A stretch of DNA of 64,000 nucleotides from Puniceicoccaceae bacterium. Lineage in GTDB: Bacteria; Verrucomicrobiota; Verrucomicrobiia; Opitutales; JAFGAQ01. A program made the translations under genes and the position numbers. Position 1 is the first letter of the stretch; the number at the start of each line of letters is the position of its first letter. Shown in pieces: positions 33,876-43,727 of this stretch. Below the pieces are notes generated by a model, which was not told the origin of the DNA, did no database searches, and worked only from the letters and a program-made list of their open reading frames with translations. The DNA lies in NCBI GenBank assembly GCA_028285755.1, contig JANQOQ010000010.1:176768-240767 (forward strand). The letters are read 5' to 3'.

Positions 33876-34409
33876 GTGTCTGATTTACCCCTAAAAAGCC
33901 ATACAGAGACATGGTTTCATAATGAGGTTAAACCTCACGAAGATAGCTTACGTGGTTATCTTTTTAAAAACATGCGCGATTATGCGGATGTTGATGATAT
34001 TATTCAGGAAACTTATCGTCGTATCTTGACGGTGCATGAGCAAAATCCGATCCATTCACCCCGTGGACTTTTGTTCCGGATTGCAAAGAATGCAATGAAT
34101 GATGTGTATCGTAAAAATACACGCTCTAAAACGATTGCAGTAGCGGATTTTGAAGGCTTGGACGTCATCGGGGGTGAGTACGATCCCAAGGATGTTTTTT
34201 GCCGTTTCGATGAACTTGAATTGTTGAAGCAGGCAATCGCATCATTGCCGGAGAAGTGCCGGCAGGTGTTGATATTACGTAAATTTCATCATTTGTCTTA
34301 TCAGCAAATATCAGAGAAAATGGGAATAAGCAAAAGCACAATTGAAACTCATCTGGCGAAGGGAATCGAAAAATGCTTGAAATATTTTGAGAAGAAAAAC
34401 GTTATATAA
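33876..34409 (+). CDS. ECF-type RNA polymerase sigma-70 factor
   Basis: Region 2 (DVDDIIQETYRRIL ... LFRIAKNAMNDVYRK) and region 4 HTH (CRQVLILRKFHHLSYQQISEKMGISKSTIETHLAKG). GTG start. Confidence 0.9.
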   Translation: MSDLPLKSHTETWFHNEVKPHEDSLRGYLFKNMRDYADVDDIIQETYRRILTVHEQNPIHSPRGLLFRIAKNAMNDVYRKNTRSKTIAVADFEGLDVIGGEYDPKDVFCRFDELELLKQAIASLPEKCRQVLILRKFHHLSYQQISEKMGISKSTIETHLAKGIEKCLKYFEKKNVI

Positions 34410-34425
34410 TAGTTAACTTAGGGGA

Positions 34426-35478
34426 ATGTTTGGTTTATTTAAAGGTAAACGCAGTAAGCGTAAAGAGGCTGTCAGAGATTTTGTCAGCTCTGAGCGTGGC
34501 TTTACTTTTGAGGAAGAAATCGAGCATCAAAGAAGATCTGAAAATTCCGACTATAAACACTATTTTGAGGAATCGGAGCAGTTGTGGAATGACTTATCGA
34601 AGCTTAGTTCGGATGAGATGAGTGTGCTTATGGGCGGGCCCATACGTAAACGATCCGCACAACCTCAGCTCATTCTTTTAGCAGCATCCATTTTATTGGC
34701 TTTGGGCCTGAGTGTGTTTTATTTGCAAAAACCCAGCGCAGAGACTACCTTGGTATTTGCAAACTCATTTCAGACCGATGCTCCCTGGACCAAGCGCCTT
34801 CCGGATGGCAGTATTATGCGCATGAATGAAAATACGGAAGTTCATGTGAGCTTTGATGAAAATCTGCGTAGTATTGATTTAGTTCGCGGGGAAGCGGTAT
34901 TTACCGTCATGCACGAGGCGATTCGCCCGTTTGACGTAGTTGCAAGAGGGGTAAATATACGGGCTGTAGGTACTGAATTTAACGTAAAGATTAATGAGAG
35001 CGGACTTTCCTTACTCGTTACAGAGGGTACGGTGAGCGTAACGCGAAATAATCCTTCTACACTAAATGTGTCTCAGGATTTAGATCCAGGATCAGTTGCA
35101 CCTGTGATCGAAGAAGTCAATTTTGTGTCCCAGGGAGAAAGAGCAGAAATTAACCTATCGCCTAATCTCCCGGAAGGATTGAATAACTCCATCAATGTAG
35201 ATATAGCCGGAACCAATAATGACGAGATTCAGGACTTTCTCTCATGGCGTAGCGACCTACTGGTGCTAGGGGGTGGAACCCTCGCAGATATCGCCAGTGA
35301 GTTTGAACAAAAAACAGGCGCCATACTCTTTATTGAAAGTCAGGAGCTAAATGACCTTCGCATCGGTGGACGATTTCCAAGTAATGACATACACGCTTTC
35401 CTGCAATTGCTTGAATCCAGCTTTAATATATCCTGGGAACTTAGGGAAGATGGGGTGTATGTCATTGGCAGTAAGTAA
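34426..35478 (+). CDS. FecR-family anti-sigma factor / transmembrane sensor
   Basis: A single TM helix (LILLAASILLALGLSVFYL) and a periplasmic FecR domain (DLVRGEAVFTV ... FDVVARGVNIRAVGTEFNV). It lies between the ECF sigma and STN-receptor genes. Confidence 0.85.
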   Translation: MFGLFKGKRSKRKEAVRDFVSSERGFTFEEEIEHQRRSENSDYKHYFEESEQLWNDLSKLSSDEMSVLMGGPIRKRSAQPQLILLAASILLALGLSVFYLQKPSAETTLVFANSFQTDAPWTKRLPDGSIMRMNENTEVHVSFDENLRSIDLVRGEAVFTVMHEAIRPFDVVARGVNIRAVGTEFNVKINESGLSLLVTEGTVSVTRNNPSTLNVSQDLDPGSVAPVIEEVNFVSQGERAEINLSPNLPEGLNNSINVDIAGTNNDEIQDFLSWRSDLLVLGGGTLADIASEFEQKTGAILFIESQELNDLRIGGRFPSNDIHAFLQLLESSFNISWELREDGVYVIGSK

Positions 35479-35572
35479 CTTAACCCCAAATTATATAACA
35501 TATTAATATTTTTATTTTTTAAGTAGCGGTTTTTAAGTTTCGTGACGTCATCCGAGCGCAGAACTTAATTAC

Positions 35573-38500
35573 ATGACTGCTTACCCTAAAGAGAACTTAT
35601 TAATTGCATCTCCAAACGCACTTAAAGATTATCCCTATAATTTATATCTTCTCCCGTGCGGTGAGGACGACTATCCAATGAATTATAGCCGTTTTTATCT
35701 ATGTTTGGCAATGGCTGCAAGGGCAGGTTTGTCAGGCTATGCTGCGAGCGATATTGAGGAATTTCAGGATGCATCAGTGGGAACTGAGGCATCTTATTAT
35801 TTTGATGTACCGCAAGATTTAGCAGTGTCTAGTCTTGATAAGTTTTCTGAGATTGTAGGTAAACCGCTTGTATACCTGATGGATCAGGTGGAAGGAGTAC
35901 GCCTCAATCGATTATCTGGGTATTATAATCCCGAAACCGCTCTTGAGCGGCTGGTGGAGGATACCGAGTTAAAGTTTATAGAAGATGAAAAAACCGGGGT
36001 TTGGGTAATCAAGCTTCGGGATGAGTTTTCCGTAAACGAAGATGTAATCGGTTCTGCAAATAAACCTGAATCTACATCTGAAAATATGGAAATAGAAAAC
36101 AACAATCGACCCCAACGATTCTTTACAAGAATCATGCAGGCTCTCAGCACTGCAATACTTGCGGGTACTGCAGTGACTGCAAATGCGCAGGATGACTTAG
36201 AGGATGAGGAAAACATCTATAAGCTTTCGCCGTTTATTGTCACTTCTGAAGAGGACGAAGGTTATCGAGCCTCTGCTACTCTGGCGGGTACCCGAATCAA
36301 GACCGATCTTAAGGATTTGGCTTCTTCTATTAGTGTCGTAACCAGCCAATTCCTAGAAGATACCGGTGCCGTAAGTAATACGGACTTGCTGGTATATACT
36401 ACCAACACGGAAGTCGGTGGTATATTTGGTAACTTTGCCGGTGTGGGTAATACCCAGGGTATCGGTGAAGGTGCAAACCTTTCAGCCCCCAATAATAATA
36501 CACGAGTCCGGGGTTTGGATGCTGCCGATAATACGCGTAATTACTTCCTTACAGACATCCCGTGGGATTCTTACATTGTAGATCGCGTAGAAATCCAGCG
36601 CGGACCAAATTCTATCCTGTTTGGTGTGGGAAGTCCGGCCGGTATCATCAATACCAGCACGGTCGTGCCCAGCTTTTCCAATGAAGGCGAATATGAAAAC
36701 CGCCTTGGCAGCTATGGCAGCTACCGGCACTCCTTTAATTACAACCGTGAGATCATCGACGATGTATTGGCAATTAAAGTTGCTTACTTAAATGAAGAGC
36801 AACAATACAAACAGGATCCTGCGTTTGAAAATGACGAACGCCAGTTTGTAGCAGTTACCTTTAATCCGGATTGGTTTGGTGAAGGCAATAATACGACCAT
36901 CACTGCAAATTTTGAAAAGGGAGATATTGAAGCGAATCGTCCGCGTATCCTACCTCCCATTGACCAGGTTACTCCCTGGTGGACAGGCCTCAATCAGGCA
37001 ACCTATAATGCTGCCTGGAGCTGGGCGAACAACGCGCAAATCGACCGGGGTAATGGAGGTCGTGCTTCCAATACTCCAGAGAATAACGTTCCCTGGTTGG
37101 GCAATGAAATGAATGGTATCACCGGTGGGGGTGTGGGTTTCTTCTATAACAACGGAGAGTCAACACCTTCCATTATTCGCCAGACCGATACGCAGACCAA
37201 CTTTGGTATTGGCCCTGATGGAGCCATTGACCGGGGTATTGATGCATTTGTATTCGGTCGCTTGCAGGATGTCGCAGGCTTCAATGAATACTCCCGCAAT
37301 GCGGAGGCTGATGCAATTGCACGTGGTTTAGCTAACCCCTTCCCAGGCGCGTCTAAGAACTTCTACAAGGATATTCACCTGAATGATCCCGGCGTATTTG
37401 ATTTCTATAATAATCTTATAGATGGTGATAACAAGCGTGAATACGATGAATGGGAAGCCTACAACCTGGGTATCTCTCAAACATTTCTGAATAATCGCTT
37501 TGGTGTTGAGTTCATCTACGATTATCAGGATTACGAGCGCAGTAACTATGATGTTCTTGGATTCCGCCCAGCTATTGGTATTGATATCAATACTCATACG
37601 GGCTTAATTCCGGTCACCTATCCGAATGCGATAGATGGCGAAACTCCCGACCCAACAACCGTTACCGGAGGTGATCCTAACCCCAATGTGGGACGTGCCT
37701 ACGTAAGTGGTGGTCGTCCGCGTAGTAGTTCGACTGCGATTGAGCGTGAAAATCTGCGTTTGACTGCATTTGCTGAATTCAGGGGATCCGATATCTTTGA
37801 CGAAGATTCAATCCTTGCACGACTGATCGGGCGTAACATATTTACCGGTCTCATAAGCCGTGATGAGCGCAATATCGAAGAGCGTCAGTGGATGAACTTT
37901 GCCACAGGTGCAAACTATGCTACTATTCAGGACCGAGGTGCATTGGTAGATGGTTGGGAACGAGGTGTTTCCTACGCAGTTTATCTCTCGGATGATCTGA
38001 GTGGTGTTAGTAGCCCTTGGAACTTAAACCTACCCGGCATCCAATCGACGATTAATCCAGCGGGTCAATATGACGTGCGATACTTCAACTCGATGTGGAA
38101 TGCGCCCGGCGTAGACCCTTCAGCATTTTATCGTCATCCGGTAGATGGTTCAGATGCCACACAGTCTGAAAACTGGCAAAATTATGTGGGTATTCAGCAG
38201 CTTCCTGTGAATATACTGAATGCAAATGCAGGGGATCGTAATGATCTTTATACATCCGCATTTAAGCGCACAGAGGTGCTCGATTCTGTCGGACTGACCT
38301 GGCAGGGATACTGGTGGGATGGTATGATCGTTCCCACATTCGGTTGGCGTGAAGACGAAATCGAAACCTGGGGACGCTCCGGTGATATCGATCCAGATAC
38401 CGGAGTCCGTGATATCAACTTTGATAACCCCAAGGAGGACACTATCGTAAAGAAGGGTGAAACCATTAGCTGGGGAGTTGTTGCTCATACGGATAGTTGG

Positions 38501-39799
38501 TTGATGGAGCGTTTAGCCTATGGCACGCATTTCAGCTTCTTCTACAATCGTTCCAAGAACTTCCGTGCGGATAACCGTGTAGGATTCGGTGGAGACACAT
38601 TGCCAAGTCCAGAGGGTAGAAGTGAGGATTACGGTATTGTCCTGAACACCTTCGATGACAAGCTCTCACTGCGAGTTACCTGGTATACCACCGAGGTGGA
38701 GAATGCAAATATCGGCAGCAGCAGCCCATTGGGTAACAATGTCTGGTTCCTGGCTAATATTGAGGCATGGGGCACGGCATCTGCGCTCACTCATGATTTA
38801 TTCTGGCAAGGTGAGTTACCTGGTTTGGATTGGTTTTCCAATTATGGTATGATCGACGAAAATCGCTGGGGAGAAGCCGGTTGGGCTACTGCTCCATTCT
38901 CGCAAGAGTCGATCAACCACCCGTCAAACCAAGCGCTCTTCGCAGCCGTTACGGATTGGTATGCGACCATGCCGGAGCAATCCTTCTTTGATGCCTATGG
39001 CCTGCCGATTGATCGTGCGAAAGCACAGGGTTCATTGGACGATCGCCGCACTATGGTGGATAACGGCAATTGGAATCCATACAACGGTATCGGTAGCATA
39101 CAGCCCAGTGGCGGAGGTCGTGTGAACGGTCTTAGCCCAACAATGACCATCAATCAAGAGTCCAAGGGCGTTGAGTTCGAGGCAACTTACCGTCCATTGT
39201 CAAATTGGAACATCACCGTGAATGCTTCCAAGACTGAAGCCGTGCGCACAGATTTAGGTGCGGCTATCACTGAGTGGATTGACTTCCAGTATAATCGCTT
39301 CCAGGGACCTGCGGGTGACATCCGCATGTGGTGGGGCGGAGACCAAACGATTCGTGAATACTACGATCAGTTTGTCTACCAGGCATACCTGTTCCAGTTG
39401 GATGCGAATGGTCAGTCTGCACCTGAAATTCGCCCATGGCGCTACAATATCATCACGAATTACAACTTTGAGGAAGGTAAATTCAGTGGTGTGAATGTGG
39501 GAGGTGCATTCCGCTGGCAGGATGATGCTATCCTTGGCTATCGTCTCGATCCTACAGAGACCAAGCTCGATGTGACTAACCCGATTGAAGGGGGTGCTGA
39601 GGCTAATCTGGATCTATGGTTCGGCTATCAACGGGAAATCGTGGACGGCAAAATCGATTGGCGCATCCAGTTGAACCTGCGTAACGTAGGTGAGGATTAC
39701 CGACTAATCCCGGTTTCAGTGAATCCTGATGGATCGATGGCAGCTGGCCGTATTGCGGAAGGTACAACTTGGGAGCTGACCAATACCTTCAGTTTTTAA
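35573..39799 (+). CDS. Very large TonB-dependent receptor with N-terminal STN signalling domain
   Basis: STN-like domain (FDVPQDLAVSSLDKFSEIVGKPLVYLMDQVEGVRLNRLSGYYNPETALERLV), plug (LSPFIVTSEEDEGYRASATLAGTRIKTDLKDLASSISVVTSQFLED), a long barrel, and C-terminal ...NTFSF. ATG 35678 (MNYSRFYLCLAMAARAGLSGYA) is a plausible alternative start with a signal peptide. Confidence 0.85.
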   Translation: MTAYPKENLLIASPNALKDYPYNLYLLPCGEDDYPMNYSRFYLCLAMAARAGLSGYAASDIEEFQDASVGTEASYYFDVPQDLAVSSLDKFSEIVGKPLVYLMDQVEGVRLNRLSGYYNPETALERLVEDTELKFIEDEKTGVWVIKLRDEFSVNEDVIGSANKPESTSENMEIENNNRPQRFFTRIMQALSTAILAGTAVTANAQDDLEDEENIYKLSPFIVTSEEDEGYRASATLAGTRIKTDLKDLASSISVVTSQFLEDTGAVSNTDLLVYTTNTEVGGIFGNFAGVGNTQGIGEGANLSAPNNNTRVRGLDAADNTRNYFLTDIPWDSYIVDRVEIQRGPNSILFGVGSPAGIINTSTVVPSFSNEGEYENRLGSYGSYRHSFNYNREIIDDVLAIKVAYLNEEQQYKQDPAFENDERQFVAVTFNPDWFGEGNNTTITANFEKGDIEANRPRILPPIDQVTPWWTGLNQATYNAAWSWANNAQIDRGNGGRASNTPENNVPWLGNEMNGITGGGVGFFYNNGESTPSIIRQTDTQTNFGIGPDGAIDRGIDAFVFGRLQDVAGFNEYSRNAEADAIARGLANPFPGASKNFYKDIHLNDPGVFDFYNNLIDGDNKREYDEWEAYNLGISQTFLNNRFGVEFIYDYQDYERSNYDVLGFRPAIGIDINTHTGLIPVTYPNAIDGETPDPTTVTGGDPNPNVGRAYVSGGRPRSSSTAIERENLRLTAFAEFRGSDIFDEDSILARLIGRNIFTGLISRDERNIEERQWMNFATGANYATIQDRGALVDGWERGVSYAVYLSDDLSGVSSPWNLNLPGIQSTINPAGQYDVRYFNSMWNAPGVDPSAFYRHPVDGSDATQSENWQNYVGIQQLPVNILNANAGDRNDLYTSAFKRTEVLDSVGLTWQGYWWDGMIVPTFGWREDEIETWGRSGDIDPDTGVRDINFDNPKEDTIVKKGETISWGVVAHTDSWLMERLAYGTHFSFFYNRSKNFRADNRVGFGGDTLPSPEGRSEDYGIVLNTFDDKLSLRVTWYTTEVENANIGSSSPLGNNVWFLANIEAWGTASALTHDLFWQGELPGLDWFSNYGMIDENRWGEAGWATAPFSQESINHPSNQALFAAVTDWYATMPEQSFFDAYGLPIDRAKAQGSLDDRRTMVDNGNWNPYNGIGSIQPSGGGRVNGLSPTMTINQESKGVEFEATYRPLSNWNITVNASKTEAVRTDLGAAITEWIDFQYNRFQGPAGDIRMWWGGDQTIREYYDQFVYQAYLFQLDANGQSAPEIRPWRYNIITNYNFEEGKFSGVNVGGAFRWQDDAILGYRLDPTETKLDVTNPIEGGAEANLDLWFGYQREIVDGKIDWRIQLNLRNVGEDYRLIPVSVNPDGSMAAGRIAEGTTWELTNTFSF

Positions 39800-39824
39800 T
39801 ATTCAATAGTTAACACATGTTTTC

Positions 39825-39857
39825 AGGCACCTGTTCGTTGAGCAGGTGCCTTTTTTA
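39825..39857 (+). terminator. Rho-independent terminator after the STN-TonB receptor gene
   Basis: AGGCACCTG-TTCGTTGAG-CAGGTGCCT (9-bp stem) followed by TTTTTTA, starting 26 nt after the stop codon. Confidence 0.8.
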
Positions 39858-39925
39858 TAGGCGTAACTTCTTGCACATTTGACTGCTGGAAACTAGTTAG
39901 TTGCTTTATTACAGATTGATTTGAA

Positions 39926-41359
39926 ATGAGTTTGCCAAAACGATACTGTGCACGATTTACCCATGTTATTTGGGTATCCATAATCGTGCTGGTTTTTGGC
40001 TGCAGCCGGCCATCAGTGGATCTTCGCCCCTTTGTGCCGGGTGATATTGATTTAGGGTCCGCATCGACTGAATTGCGCACGCAAATTAGCGGGGCGCGGG
40101 AAGCTGCATTAACGGGAAACCAATCATTGGAATCGCTGAAAACGCTGGCTCAATTATACCATGCAAACGGTTTCTTAAATGAGGCTATCCAGTCTTATGA
40201 GGGGCTTGTGCTCTTTGAATCCGATGAGCCTAGATGGAAACATAAACTGGCTACGATTCTCTCCGGTTACGGTTATTCTGAGGATGCGATCATGCTCTGG
40301 CGCGAAGCACTCAACGAGGCGCCTGAATATATCCCTATTTACATACGTATAGGGGATGCTTTATTGAAAAGTGGGGAAGCCAATGATGCAAAAATCATCT
40401 TTCAGGAGTGCTTGCAACAAGATGCAAATAATCCCTATGCACTGGTGGGGCTTGCGCGGATAGCGATACAGAATGGTTCATGGGTGGAAGCACGTGAACT
40501 GCTGGAGAATGCGAGTAAACACTCTGAGGGTCGAGTGGGGCGGGATTTGTTAGTTACGGCCTACGAGAACTCGGGTGAACCTATCAAAGCCTATGCCATA
40601 CGTGGGGAAGCAAAAGCATCCGGTAGCTTTGTAGACATACCGGACCCATGGATTAACGAAATGTACACCTATTGTTATAGTGCGAATGATCTGGTCAGCC
40701 TGATGGGCTACGAAGCATTTCGGGGTAATTTTTCGGATGCATTGATCTGGGGTAAGCGAGCGATAAATCTCCAGCCGGATCACGCGATCGCTCACCTGCA
40801 GTTGGCAAGTATTTACGTACAGGATACCAATGCAGAACTCGCGATTAAGCACTACAAGCGTGCGATTGAAATCGATGAGACTCTTTCCGACGCCTGGCTG
40901 CAGCTTTCACAATTGTATGCGAGTCTCAATCAAATCGCTCAAAGTGATCTCATATTCTATCAGGGGCTGGAAAAATGTCCGAACTCTCCCGCTTACCGGA
41001 TCCAGTACGCTGAGAGACTGATGAAGGAGCAAAACTACCGCGAAGCGATTACGCAGCTAAACCGTTCCATAGAACTGTTACCCAATGAAGCCCCTGCCTA
41101 TATCGTGCTTTCAAAAGCCCATTTTGCACTCAATGAGATGGATGCAGGCCTCCAGGCACTGCAAACAGCACTGGAAGTTGAAAACGGGAATCCGGTAGCT
41201 ATGACGACCATCACATTATATTCCATTTTATCCGAGAACCGGGAACAGGCGGACTATTGGATCGAACGGGTGAAACTCCACCCGCGAATCGAGTCTGCAA
41301 TCTTCAATGAGCTCGTGAATAAATATATCACTACGTTCCGGGACACTCCCGATGTTTAA
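39926..41359 (+). CDS. TPR-repeat lipoprotein
   Basis: Lipoprotein-like leader (VSIIVLVFGCSRPS) and repeated TPR-like units (AIQSYEGLVLFE, AIMLWREALNEAPEY, AKIIFQECLQQDANNPYA, AIKHYKRAIEIDE, AITQLNRSIELLPNE). The stop overlaps the next gene's start (ATGTTTAA). Confidence 0.7.
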   Translation: MSLPKRYCARFTHVIWVSIIVLVFGCSRPSVDLRPFVPGDIDLGSASTELRTQISGAREAALTGNQSLESLKTLAQLYHANGFLNEAIQSYEGLVLFESDEPRWKHKLATILSGYGYSEDAIMLWREALNEAPEYIPIYIRIGDALLKSGEANDAKIIFQECLQQDANNPYALVGLARIAIQNGSWVEARELLENASKHSEGRVGRDLLVTAYENSGEPIKAYAIRGEAKASGSFVDIPDPWINEMYTYCYSANDLVSLMGYEAFRGNFSDALIWGKRAINLQPDHAIAHLQLASIYVQDTNAELAIKHYKRAIEIDETLSDAWLQLSQLYASLNQIAQSDLIFYQGLEKCPNSPAYRIQYAERLMKEQNYREAITQLNRSIELLPNEAPAYIVLSKAHFALNEMDAGLQALQTALEVENGNPVAMTTITLYSILSENREQADYWIERVKLHPRIESAIFNELVNKYITTFRDTPDV

Positions 41360-43727
41360 AGAAATTACCCTATTTTGTTCGCTCTGCTTGAGTGCTTTGA
41401 GTTTAATCACGTATGCTTCAGATAAACCGTTTGCGAATACTGAATGGATTAGTTACCCATTGACCGATGGCACAGGCGCGGGCGTTTACCACTTCCGTAA
41501 ATCCTTTAAGCTGGAGGCTGTTCCTGATCGTTTTATTATTCACGTTTCTGCGGATAATCGCTATCGCCTGTATGTGAATGGGATCGAGGTGAGTCATGGA
41601 CCCGCAAGAGGCGACGTTGATTACTGGCAATATGAAACCCTCGATGTTGCCGGATGGCTACAAGACGGAAATAATGTGATTGCTGCTGTAGTCTGGAATA
41701 CTGCAGAACTCAGCCCTTGGGCTCAACTATCGGTAAGAACGGGATTTATCCTCAGTGCTTACGCAGACGGTGAGCTCCACCTTAAATCAGATGAGACCTG
41801 GAAGGCCTATAAAAATGAAGCCATAACGTTCTTCAAAGATGCTCAGGTAAGTAAGTTTCCGCATGGAGTAGGGCCAGGCGAATCGATCAAAGGGGAATAT
41901 TATCCATGGGGTTGGGAAACACTCGGTTTTGATGATTCAAAATGGATAAATGCGGAAAAGCTTAATAGCGGTTTGATCGAAACTCCATGGAGGTTGATTG
42001 AGCGTTACACGCCTATGATGGAGTCAAAGTTGCAATCCTTTGCAGAAGTACGGCGTGTCCAAGGGGCTAAGCTAAATGTGCAGGATATTGAAGATTTGAA
42101 GAACCTGAGCATACCTACCAATAGTTCAGTGGAGATTATTCTGGATCAAGGTCATCTTACTAATGCGTATCCGATCTTAAGTATTTCTGGCGGAGCAGGC
42201 GCAGAAATACGCTTAACCTATAATGAGGCCATGTTTAACGATGCCATGCGCAAGGAGCATCGTGACAAGGTAGAAGGAATGCAGCTTCATGGCCTGTATG
42301 ACCTTATCTACCCAGAAGGAGAGGCTGATAGAAGCTATAAGTCCCTATGGTATCGCACGTTTCGTTATGCTGAGATACGTATCCAAACTCAGGATGAACC
42401 CCTCGTTATTAACAATTTTGCGAGTGAGTTTACCGCTTACCCATTTCCTGAAACGATCGCCTTTAAAAGCTCAGATGAACAGGTGAATGAAATTGCCGAA
42501 GTTGCCTGGCGGACTGCAAGACTGTGTGCCCACGAAACTTACATGGACTGCCCTTATTATGAGCAGTTGAACTACGTAGGGGACACCCGTATCCAGGCGC
42601 TGATCTCTCTGTCGCTAACCGGTGATGATCGTCTGATGAGGCAAGCGATTGATCATTTTGGGCAATCCCGGAAAGCGCACGCTTTGACCAGGCGTTCCTA
42701 TCCCTCTACGAACGGCCTATACATACCGCCTTACTCGCTCATTTGGATTTCAATGATTTACGATCATTGGATGTGGGTTGGAGATAGTAAGTACATCAGC
42801 CAGTTTAATGAACCGATCCAAGAAATAATCGATTGGTTTATGCCTTATTTGGAAGAAGGCTTACTGACTAACTTACCCGATGATTCCTGGGATAAGAGCA
42901 AGAACTGGCTATTTGATTATTGGAATTTTGAGGACGGCAGTGCCTGGCCACAAGGGGTTCCTCCCGGTATTTATGAAGGCAAAACATCTTCGATAATCAA
43001 CTTAAGGTATGCCTACACGCTTCAACACGCTGCATTGCTTATGCAGGCGCTGGGTGAGGGGGCATTGGCAAGCGAATATCAACAACGCGCTGATTTAATA
43101 AGGCAGCGTGTGAAATCTACATTCTGGGATGAGAACAAGGGTATGATTTCTGATACTGATGAGATGAAGCACTACAGTCAGCATGCGAATATACTGGGTA
43201 TTTTAACCGGGCTCTTTGAGGGGAAAGAAGCGCAGAATGTCTTTTTGAGTATTTTCAAAAATGAGGATATCGCCCAGTGCTCTTTATACTACCGTTTTTA
43301 CCTGCATGAAGCGATGCGTGAAGCCAATTTGGGTGATATTCTACTTGATGGTATGGACGAATGGCGGCAATTCATTGAGCTGGGCTTTACGACTTTTCCT
43401 GAACACCCCCATATCAATACACGTTCGGATTGCCATGCATGGAGCTCCAGTCCGTTATATGCATTTCAAACCATTATAGCGGGAATGCGTCCAGACTCGC
43501 CGGGCTTTAACTCCCTGGTTGTAGAACCGAATGTAGGCGCCTTATCCCGGTTATCCACCCGGATGCCGACTCCTCATGGAGTTATCGATTTTGAGTATCA
43601 AATGACCGGGGATGGACGGAAAGTATTTGAGATTTCGCTCCCAGAAAATCTTGAAGGCAGCTTTGGGGGCACAGGGGATAAAATACAACTCGAACCGGGT
43701 CTCAATAAGATATTTGTGGGTGATTAA
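41352..43727 (+). CDS. GH78-like alpha-L-rhamnosidase-family six-hairpin glycosidase
   Basis: Signal peptide, an N-terminal beta-sandwich region (FRKSFKLEAVPDRFIIHVSADNRYRLYVNG) and ETYMDCPYYEQLNYVGDTRIQ, resembling the DCP..E...W.GD catalytic-domain entry motif of bacterial rhamnosidases. Confidence 0.6.
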   Translation: MFKEITLFCSLCLSALSLITYASDKPFANTEWISYPLTDGTGAGVYHFRKSFKLEAVPDRFIIHVSADNRYRLYVNGIEVSHGPARGDVDYWQYETLDVAGWLQDGNNVIAAVVWNTAELSPWAQLSVRTGFILSAYADGELHLKSDETWKAYKNEAITFFKDAQVSKFPHGVGPGESIKGEYYPWGWETLGFDDSKWINAEKLNSGLIETPWRLIERYTPMMESKLQSFAEVRRVQGAKLNVQDIEDLKNLSIPTNSSVEIILDQGHLTNAYPILSISGGAGAEIRLTYNEAMFNDAMRKEHRDKVEGMQLHGLYDLIYPEGEADRSYKSLWYRTFRYAEIRIQTQDEPLVINNFASEFTAYPFPETIAFKSSDEQVNEIAEVAWRTARLCAHETYMDCPYYEQLNYVGDTRIQALISLSLTGDDRLMRQAIDHFGQSRKAHALTRRSYPSTNGLYIPPYSLIWISMIYDHWMWVGDSKYISQFNEPIQEIIDWFMPYLEEGLLTNLPDDSWDKSKNWLFDYWNFEDGSAWPQGVPPGIYEGKTSSIINLRYAYTLQHAALLMQALGEGALASEYQQRADLIRQRVKSTFWDENKGMISDTDEMKHYSQHANILGILTGLFEGKEAQNVFLSIFKNEDIAQCSLYYRFYLHEAMREANLGDILLDGMDEWRQFIELGFTTFPEHPHINTRSDCHAWSSSPLYAFQTIIAGMRPDSPGFNSLVVEPNVGALSRLSTRMPTPHGVIDFEYQMTGDGRKVFEISLPENLEGSFGGTGDKIQLEPGLNKIFVGD

